DNA of 64,000 nucleotides from contig CABMDC010000012.1 of the NCBI GenBank assembly GCA_902384795.1, forward strand, positions 71,970 through 135,969, read 5' to 3'. Position numbers and translations under genes: made by a program. The notes beneath the pieces were generated by a model. That model saw nothing but the letters and a program-made list of their open reading frames with translations. It was not told the origin of the DNA and searched no databases. Numbering within the stretch: position 1 is the stretch's first letter; each line of letters opens with the position of its first letter. Shown here piece by piece: positions 1 to 6,751 of the stretch. This DNA is from Candidatus Gugararchaeum adminiculabundum (GTDB lineage Archaea; Micrarchaeota; Micrarchaeia; Burarchaeales; Gugararchaeaceae).

Positions 1-900
1 TTTAGTTGCACTGCTCTTTGTCCCCTCATCATCGAATTCAAATGAGCCGAATCCGCCAGGGACTCCCGGGTCGTCGGTGATGTTGACAATTTCTGCGCCG
101 ATTTTTTTGCCTAATTTTCCTTTCAAAATTGTGTCATTGCTCATGATCGCATCCGCTTCGCTTGCATGGCCCACTGCCTCGTGCGCCATTACCCCTGCCA
201 TTTCGCTGTCAACAACTGTTGGGAAAAATCCTTTTGGAGGAGAGGATGCTTTCAAAAGGCGAAGCGACATGGAGCAGGCTTCCTCTGCCCGGTGTTCCAA
301 ATTCTGCAAAAATTCAAATCCGCCCCTGCCTCCGATGCTTTTTCTCCCCTCTTCCAATCTTCCGTTTTCTTTTGCAATTGCCATGAAATAGGCAATGATG
401 AGAGAATCTTTTGTGATTAGCCTCGCGCCCTCGCTGGAAAGGAAGACTTTTTCTCTTGATGAATCGGAATAGCGTAAACTCACATTTTTGATTTTGGGGC
501 TTTGCTTACGCATGAAATTTCTTAATTCAAGAAATCGGCTTACTTTTTCTTCGAGCGAAATTTCCGCCGGGGGCTTTTTTGCCTTTTGCTCAAATGTTTT
601 CTGAAGCGGAATTGAAGTGTGCAATTTGTTTTTACCTTTCCCGAGCGAGGCGAGGCGCAGGGCTGAATTCAGAAGCGATTCGACATCTGGTTTCTCTGAG
701 CTTGCGAAACCCCAGCTTCCATTTTTCAGAACCCTGCAGCCAAGGCCGAATTTGGTGCTTGCTGTGATTTCTGTTTCATCGTCCTTTATGCGAATGGAAG
801 TGAAAGGAGTGGTGTTGATTCTTAGGTCGGCGTAGTCGCACTGGCTAGAGGCTTTTTCCAGCAGTTTTGATGCCTTGTCCAGGTCAATTGGGCTGTCCAT
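1..900 (-). CDS. tldD: TldD/PmbA family metalloprotease (runs off the window start)
   Basis: Not in the ORF track. Manual translation from ATG at 900 gives MDSPIDLDKA...YADLRI...GLGCRVLKNGSWGFAS...MAHEAVGHASEAD...NITDDP...FGSFEFDDEG, i.e. the HExxGH and DDEG motifs of TldD. Confidence 0.9.
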   Translation of the reverse strand, partial: MDSPIDLDKASKLLEKASSQCDYADLRINTTPFTSIRIKDDETEITASTKFGLGCRVLKNGSWGFASSEKPDVESLLNSALRLASLGKGKNKLHTSIPLQKTFEQKAKKPPAEISLEEKVSRFLELRNFMRKQSPKIKNVSLRYSDSSREKVFLSSEGARLITKDSLIIAYFMAIAKENGRLEEGRKSIGGRGGFEFLQNLEHRAEEACSMSLRLLKASSPPKGFFPTVVDSEMAGVMAHEAVGHASEADAIMSNDTILKGKLGKKIGAEIVNITDDPGVPGGFGSFEFDDEGTKSSATK

Positions 901-959
901 AGGGCTGGATTAGGTGTGACCAAATTATATAATTGGTGCTGCAAATCATGTCCATGGCA

Positions 960-1823
960 ATGCGCATTGTGGTGCTCGGGAGCGGCGGGGCTGTTCCCAG
1001 CCCTGAGAGGAACTTGTCCGGCATTTCGCTCCACTACGAGGGCGATGTCTATTTGTTTGACTGCGGCGAGGGGACCCAGAGGCAGATGATGAAATTCGGC
1101 TCGAGCTATGCAAAGGTCAAGGCTGTTTTCATTTCGCATTTGCATTTAGATCATTGGCTTGGGTTGATTGGGATGATTGAAACCCTTAGGCTGAATGGAA
1201 GGACTGAGAAACTGGAAATCTTCGGGCCGCGGGGGATTGCGCGCAGCGAGCTGCTTGTTCGGGATTTTGTCACTGTTACTGAAATCGGGGATGGGTTTGA
1301 ATACAAGGGAGACGGGTTCAAAGTTAGAGCGTTTGATGTGGAGCACGATAAAGGAGGAATGGGATTTGTTTTCCAGGAAGATGCGAAAAGGAAATTTGAC
1401 GAGGCAAAAGCAAAGGGGATGGGCTTGAAAGGAAAGCTGTTTCGCGAGATTCAGGAAAAGGGAAGTGTTGAAACTGAAAAAGGAAAAGTGAAACTTGAGG
1501 ATGTGAGCTGGCTGCAGGATGGATTGAAAATTGTTTATTCCGGGGATACGATGCCGTGCAAAAGATTGGTAGATGAGGCGAAAGGTGCGGATTTGATAAT
1601 TCATGAGGCGACTTTTCTTGAGGAAATGAAAGAGGAAGCAAAGGAGAAGAAGCACTCAACTGCAAAGCAGGCTGCGGAAATTGCCAAAAAAGCGGGTGCG
1701 AAAAGGCTGCTGTTGACACATATTAGCGGAAGGTACAAGGATTCCAAGGAAATTGAAAAGGAAGCAAGGAAAGTGTTTGAAGAGACTATTGTTGCCAAGG
1801 ATGGGCTGGAAGTCTTACTTTAG
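960..1823 (+). CDS. rnz: Ribonuclease Z (tRNA 3' endonuclease)
   Basis: LGSGGAVPSPERN, FDCGEGTQRQ, SHLHLDH, YSGDT, HEATF, HSTA and THISGRY motifs. Start could be 954 or 960. Confidence 0.95.
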   Translation: MRIVVLGSGGAVPSPERNLSGISLHYEGDVYLFDCGEGTQRQMMKFGSSYAKVKAVFISHLHLDHWLGLIGMIETLRLNGRTEKLEIFGPRGIARSELLVRDFVTVTEIGDGFEYKGDGFKVRAFDVEHDKGGMGFVFQEDAKRKFDEAKAKGMGLKGKLFREIQEKGSVETEKGKVKLEDVSWLQDGLKIVYSGDTMPCKRLVDEAKGADLIIHEATFLEEMKEEAKEKKHSTAKQAAEIAKKAGAKRLLLTHISGRYKDSKEIEKEARKVFEETIVAKDGLEVLL

Positions 1824-1876
1824 GCTCTCTCATCTTGGTTTGACTCGTAACGCGTCTGGTCGAGGTTTCTTATTTT

Positions 1877-3160
1877 CTAGGGAGCGAAGGTTCCGCTTTT
1901 TTTAAGAAAATCCGCAGTGGCGATTACTCTTAGAAAGTTGTACCTATAGTCCCATATTCGTATGGCTCCGAGCGTTGTGGCGTCTACTTTGGTATACTTG
2001 CTGGTTAAGTTCCGCAGCCCCAGAGAATGCAATCTTTTGGCTGGTGAAACTGCATTATAGAACAGATAGGATCCGGCCCACACTTGCAGTTCGCTGAGGC
2101 TCTTTGGATTAACGCCCATCCTTTTGACTTCGCTCAAAAAGGAATCCCGCCTGGATGCGAGGAGGGCTGAGAATGCTTCAAAAGCGCAATCGATATCTCT
2201 AAAATTGTAGTTCTTGTACTCTCGGCTCGCAGTGAAATCCTGTCTTAGATAACCTTTATCCTTGAGTTCGGCAATGCTTTCAACAAATGTGTCCATCCCA
2301 AAGTCAGCAGTGGAGAGCCCATAGGGTAATTTTAACTTGTCTGGCTGTTCCACCATATCCAAAATTAGCCCTTCTTTAAACGCTACCGCGGCTAGGAAAT
2401 TTGGATCCAGCCCGCTCCTCTTTGATGCTTTGAGGATCGTCTCTCGCAAATGCTTTTTCGTGCTGGCGTCTATGCCCTCTTCTCCTGGAATCACTTGAAC
2501 CGGATTAAAATAGGAACGCATCAAAATTGTCCCGACGCCATACTTTTCGTAAAACGGCTTTGCTTTTCGGCCCTCAGCCACGCTTGTTTTTTCAAATTTT
2601 TCAAAAACCGAAGAATCCTTTGCATTGGTTACTGCTTTTTTAAGCCGCACTAAAAGATGATACACTGTCCAAGGGTCGGTTTCATTGAGTATCTTGATTA
2701 GTGTTGATTCGCATAGATGAAAGGAACTGCTTCCGAGATTTTGATTGTTGATAACTCCGACTAAGACATCGGAAACCTCGCCTGTTACGTCCTGCCTTGA
2801 TTTATAGATATCAAAAATCCGCGCTAGTTCAAGGGTCATAAGTGGCAGGTCGCTTTCGTGAGCAGGATTCAATGAGCCGAGCGCTTCAAAAACATACCAC
2901 TGCTTGCCGCGTGCTGCCTTTACCATCTCGTCAAGTGCTTTTTTTGTCTGCCCTAGCCCCTCTGCTGGATTCTTTGATTGGGCGATCAGTACAAGCGCTG
3001 AGTTCGGAAGCTTGTCGCCCCATTCGCCAAGTTCAGCCTTTATTTTTTTGACCGCTTTGTCGGTTTCGGCTTTCTTAACTACTTTAGAAGCCATTTCCTC
3101 CCATCCTTTGGCAAACTGCTTGCGCCTTTCGGCTTCTGGCTGTTTTTGAGCGGAGTCCAT
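1877..3160 (-). CDS. Hypothetical protein with C-terminal lysozyme/SLT-like domain
   Basis: 427-aa ORF. ASKRSGLDPNFLAAVAFKEG resembles SLT motif I with the catalytic Glu; downstream FGMD and LFYNA resemble the later SLT motifs. Confidence 0.55.
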   Translation of the reverse strand: MDSAQKQPEAERRKQFAKGWEEMASKVVKKAETDKAVKKIKAELGEWGDKLPNSALVLIAQSKNPAEGLGQTKKALDEMVKAARGKQWYVFEALGSLNPAHESDLPLMTLELARIFDIYKSRQDVTGEVSDVLVGVINNQNLGSSSFHLCESTLIKILNETDPWTVYHLLVRLKKAVTNAKDSSVFEKFEKTSVAEGRKAKPFYEKYGVGTILMRSYFNPVQVIPGEEGIDASTKKHLRETILKASKRSGLDPNFLAAVAFKEGLILDMVEQPDKLKLPYGLSTADFGMDTFVESIAELKDKGYLRQDFTASREYKNYNFRDIDCAFEAFSALLASRRDSFLSEVKRMGVNPKSLSELQVWAGSYLFYNAVSPAKRLHSLGLRNLTSKYTKVDATTLGAIRIWDYRYNFLRVIATADFLKKSGTFAP

Positions 3161-3263
3161 GATTAGTTTATGGAAGAGGCGGGATAAAAACTTGACCTTT
3201 TGTCTGCTTTAGGCAAGCGAGCAAACTTTGTTTGCGAGTCTTGCTTTGCATTATTGATTCTAG

Positions 3264-3314
3264 TCTGGATGTTGAACGCGTAGAGCTGCTTAGGGAAAGC
3301 AATGTACGCTCTAC
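3264..3314 (-). repeat. Dispersed 51-nt structured element, copy 1
   Basis: Reverse complement matches 11194-11244 at 39/51 positions without gaps; GTAGAGC/GCTCTAC stem plus TTCAACATCCAGA tail. Confidence 0.8.
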
Positions 3315-3418
3315 CGTCGAAAGCTCGAGAGAGCCGAATTTTAGGGTTTTTTCGCCTAGCCAACGGGAGTGTGGCTATACCCTATTTAAATGTGAACTAA
3401 CGATTAATCGTTGATTGC

Positions 3419-3802
3419 ATGGCCAAGAAAAAACCGGCAAAAAAGGCTAAAAAAGCCGCTAAACCTAAAATAAAGGCTAAATCTAAGCCCAAATTGGCAA
3501 AAAAGGCTAAAGTCTCCAAAAAGGGAGGAAGAGGGCGCATATCAGTCACTAAAATAGTGGATGACGTGCCTCCGAAAGCCGTATTGCCAACAGTTGCCAG
3601 GGAATTGCCCAATCCCGAGATCCCGGAGCCCATGGAGGAGCAGGTCGGCAGGCAGATATTCGCGCCAGCCGACAGGGTGCACCTGCAGAATATGACTTTC
3701 GAGATTGCGGGGATAAAGAGGGGGCTCGCAAAGATGACTGAGCAGCTGGAAAAGCTCGAAAAGCAGATCAGGGAGCTTAAGGGCGCTATTCCGGATGATT
3801 AG
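3419..3802 (+). CDS. Small protein with Lys/Ala/Pro-rich basic N-terminus and C-terminal coiled coil
   Basis: MAKKKPAKKAKKAAKPKIKAKSKPKLAKKAK...; heptad C-terminus; TATA-like TTTAAA about 30 nt upstream. Confidence 0.75.
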   Translation: MAKKKPAKKAKKAAKPKIKAKSKPKLAKKAKVSKKGGRGRISVTKIVDDVPPKAVLPTVARELPNPEIPEPMEEQVGRQIFAPADRVHLQNMTFEIAGIKRGLAKMTEQLEKLEKQIRELKGAIPDD

Positions 3803-3898
3803 GCAAAAAGGTTAGCAGCCGAAAAACTAATTGAGTGAAAAACTCGCATTAATAGCTTACTTGTTGCTCTTGCCCGACACTCGCTCTTACTCGTCGCC

Positions 3899-4102
3899 CT
3901 ATTCGCTTCTTGCGAGCTTCACATCTTGTTCGGTAATTGTTTTCCTGCCTGCGTGATTTGCGTACTTAATGGCCTTGGCGCCGATTTCCTGGCCCCTGGC
4001 TTCAAGAGCCTCTGCCAATGCAGCGCACGCGCCTTCGCTGATTCTTTCTGCTCCTGATTTGCGCAAAAGTCGGTCCATGGAAGCCAATGACAAATCTGAC
4101 AT
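3899..4102 (-). CDS. Archaeal histone (HMf family)
   Basis: MSDLSLASMDRLLRKSGAERISEGA...HAGRKTITEQDV histone fold; GGTGG ribosome-binding site upstream of the ATG at 4102. Confidence 0.95.
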   Translation of the reverse strand: MSDLSLASMDRLLRKSGAERISEGACAALAEALEARGQEIGAKAIKYANHAGRKTITEQDVKLARSE

Positions 4103-4164
4103 CAAAACCACCTGCTTAGAGATATCCGCGCACATTTTTATATTGCTTGGTGCAAGAAAGACCC

Positions 4165-5202
4165 ATGGCGGCCGGGAAATTGAGATTAGGGCTCGCGAAC
4201 AGGCTCGAAATAGCGCTAGATAACGGGGGAGCGGAGCATTGCTTCATGTCCCATGCGCACACTGATCACCTATTTTCCGCCAATGGAAGGAAACTGATTG
4301 CGAGCGAGGAAACGCGTGTGTTGGCTGGGAGCGATGTTGAATCGGCTGAAAAAATTCAGAAAATTGACGGAGTGAAGATGAGGCTCGCGCATGCCGGACA
4401 TATTTTGGGCTCGAGCCAATTAGTGATTGAAGATGAAGGCGCTGGAAAGAAAATCTGCTATACAGGGGATTTCAAATTGCAAAAAGGGATTACTTGCGCA
4501 AAAGGCGAAATGGTGGAATGCGATGAGCTGATGATTGAGGGAACGTATGGATCACAGGGAATGAATTTCCCTGAAAGGGAGCAGGTCGGGATTGATTTGG
4601 CTGAGTGGGTGCAGAAAAAAAGTGCGCGCGCGAATGTTTTGATTGGAGGATACCCGCTGGGAAAATCGCAGGAGCTGGTGGCAATTTTAAATAAACACGC
4701 TGGAATTGTTCCAATTGTGCACCAGAAAATAGAGGAGAAATGCAAACTGTATGAAAAGCTGGGAGTGAAACTCAAGAGAATTGCCGCTGAATCGAATGAG
4801 GCTGAGAAATTATTGCCCAAGGGATTTGTGGCAATTGTTCCGCCGCAGTATGCGAACCCGGGTTTTGCTTCTAAAATTGAATCGATTTATAACCGTGAAA
4901 CTCTGACTGTGAGCGCGACTGGCTGGAGCATTGCCTACCGGTTGCACACTGATGCGAGCTTTCCGCTTTCTGACCATGCGGATTTGGGGGAGATTATTTC
5001 CTATGCCAAGGGAAGCGGGGCGAAAAAAGTCTGGTGCTGCCTGGGAAATGAGGAATCGCTTTCAGCAATTTTGAGGAAGTGCGGGATAGACGCGGCGCCC
5101 TTCAATGATGAGCAAAGCCAATTAAAGCTGACTAATAAAACATTCACTAGGCGGAAGAAGCGCGAGGCAGTTATTGCGCCGCTGAGTGCGAGTTTAGGGT
5201 GA
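4165..5202 (+). CDS. MBL-fold/beta-CASP nuclease (Cft2/YSH1-like exonuclease)
   Basis: SHAHTDH, AGHILGS, YTGDF, IEGTYG, GKSQEL and LSDHAD motifs. Confidence 0.85.
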   Translation: MAAGKLRLGLANRLEIALDNGGAEHCFMSHAHTDHLFSANGRKLIASEETRVLAGSDVESAEKIQKIDGVKMRLAHAGHILGSSQLVIEDEGAGKKICYTGDFKLQKGITCAKGEMVECDELMIEGTYGSQGMNFPEREQVGIDLAEWVQKKSARANVLIGGYPLGKSQELVAILNKHAGIVPIVHQKIEEKCKLYEKLGVKLKRIAAESNEAEKLLPKGFVAIVPPQYANPGFASKIESIYNRETLTVSATGWSIAYRLHTDASFPLSDHADLGEIISYAKGSGAKKVWCCLGNEESLSAILRKCGIDAAPFNDEQSQLKLTNKTFTRRKKREAVIAPLSASLG

Positions 5203-5825
5203 TTGGCATCGGACTTAATATCGGAATTTGGATTGACGGGTTGATGTATCCCAGCAGGTATTTCAAGGAGATTGAAGGGAGAGAGGATGCTAAAAGAATT
5301 GCCAAAAATATCCTGATTGCAGGCGTGCTCATGGGGCTTGTGCCAGTAATTTTGCAAATCATACTACTCAAGGTTTTCCCGGGCCAGGTGCTGGAGCTGA
5401 CAAAACAGCAGCAGCCCGAGGCGCTGGAAGTGGTGAAAAACCTGGTTGCGACCCCGCTCACTGAACTGATTTACAGCGGAGCCATTACAACCGTGCTTTC
5501 TGCCATAGTCACTTCCATTGGATTGTTCATGCTGTTTGGATTCACCTATTTGCTTTCGCTGGCATTGGGCTCGCGGGGAAAAATCATGACCCAGTACCAT
5601 TACCAGGCCGCGCTCCTTGTGCCCATAACCATCGGGTGGGCGATTCTTACCTTAATTTTGGGGGTTGTGCTCGGGCTTGCGGCATTGCTGCTCTACCTGA
5701 TTTACCCCATGAGCATCGCCCTGCGCGAGACGCATAAGATGGCGACATGGAAAGCGGTTCTGATTTCAACCATTTCAATTTTCATGGTGCTGTACCTGAG
5801 TGCTACGCTGGTCAGGCCGTTCTGA
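5199..5825 (+). CDS. YIP1-family-like membrane protein
   Basis: Five hydrophobic segments; N-terminal P-x-x-YF and C-terminal H-x-x-x-x-WKA pattern typical of Yip1. Confidence 0.65.
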   Translation: MIGIGLNIGIWIDGLMYPSRYFKEIEGREDAKRIAKNILIAGVLMGLVPVILQIILLKVFPGQVLELTKQQQPEALEVVKNLVATPLTELIYSGAITTVLSAIVTSIGLFMLFGFTYLLSLALGSRGKIMTQYHYQAALLVPITIGWAILTLILGVVLGLAALLLYLIYPMSIALRETHKMATWKAVLISTISIFMVLYLSATLVRPF

Positions 5826-5832
5826 GGATGAT

Positions 5833-6027
5833 ATGATGATACAAACCTGGTGCGAAATCTGCAAAAGCCCCTGCTTCCCGATCTCGTGCATCCTGTGCGG
5901 TGCGAAAGTGTGCACCGAGTGCCAGAACCAGGGAGTGTGCAAGAGGTGCAGGTTCGGCAAGAAAGTGCTCAAAATGAGGCCCGGTGATTATATTCCGGTT
6001 GTGGGCGGCTGGAAAGTCAAGAAGTAG
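5833..6027 (+). CDS. Small Cys-rich zinc-finger protein
   Basis: Four CxxC pairs: CEIC, CILC, CTEC, CKRC. Confidence 0.7.
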   Translation: MMIQTWCEICKSPCFPISCILCGAKVCTECQNQGVCKRCRFGKKVLKMRPGDYIPVVGGWKVKK

Positions 6028-6063
6028 TGGGCGCGAGGCTAGTTTTCTCTCGGAAGGAAGGGC

Positions 6064-6070
6064 TTAAATA
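6064..6070 (+). promoter_or_regulatory. Archaeal TATA box for the RNase P RNA gene
   Basis: TTAAATA about 25 nt upstream of the predicted RNA 5' end, preceded by a purine-rich BRE-like tract. Confidence 0.6.
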
Positions 6071-6094
6071 TCTCCTAATTCATAATGTAATCAA

Positions 6095-6402
6095 GGAGTG
6101 GTGAGCGAACAGCCAACTAGCCCTTACGAAGAAGGTTTTGACGCTGTGAACAATATGGCATCAAAACAGTCCTAGCAGGGATTGAAGAGGAAGTTCTGCC
6201 CATCGCGAAATCTTCAAATGCCGCTTAAGGCGGCGGCGGAAACAGAAACGAGACCCTGGACCGAGGATGAATATGACGAAAGGAAGACGAAGTCCGATTG
6301 GGATGAAACGCGTCCTCCATAAGAAGCATGTGCGATGCAAGGCCTTTGAGCCGCTTAGTCGAATGCTGTAAAAACAAAAGGCAGACTATGACTCGCCACT
6401 CC
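6095..6402 (+). ncRNA. rnpB: Archaeal RNase P RNA
   Basis: P1 GGAGTGGTGAG/CTCGCCACTCC; conserved GAGGAAGTTCTGCC pairing with GGCAGAC (P4); ACAGAAAC, TGAAAC, GCAAG, GCTTAG-CGAATG and AACAAAAGG motifs in the expected order. Confidence 0.9.
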
Positions 6403-6468
6403 CCTTTTATTCACCCACTAGCCCTCGCTCAAATTAAATAGCTTTTCAAGCCAAATAGAATACAAAAT

Positions 6469-6541
6469 GGGCTCGTAGTCGAATGGTTAAGACGCTGCTC
6501 TCACACAGCAGAGATTCCCGGTCCGATTCCGGGCGGGCCCA
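6469..6541 (+). tRNA. tRNA-Val(CAC)
   Basis: Cloverleaf with acceptor GGGCTCG/CGGGCCC and anticodon arm CTGCT-CT CAC AC-AGCAG; TTAAATA at 6434; T-loop TCCGATT; CCA not encoded. Confidence 0.92.
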
Positions 6542-6603
6542 CTGCCCATCCTTTTCTTTTGCAAAAAGAAAAGTCTGGTCGAATCCAAAAGAAAAAACAA
6601 TTG

Positions 6604-6676
6604 GGGCCTATTGTCGAATGGTTAAGACGTCACCCTTACACGGTGAAGACTCCCGGTCCGATTCCGGGTGGGCCCA
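6604..6676 (+). tRNA. tRNA-Val(TAC)
   Basis: Acceptor GGGCCTA/TGGGCCC; anticodon arm TCACC-CT TAC AC-GGTGA; T-loop TCCGATT. Confidence 0.92.
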
Positions 6677-6751
6677 CTTCTAATTCTCGGTGATTTGAAC
6701 GCAAGTTTATAAAGTTGCAGATTGTAAAACAACATGTAATTAGGTGGGCAC

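Noticed and set aside
77-835. Short plus-strand ORFs in the track
   Set aside because: Shadows of the minus-strand tldD gene.
6483-6683. 66-aa ORF with an internal repeat
   Set aside because: It is just the translation of the two tandem tRNA-Val genes.
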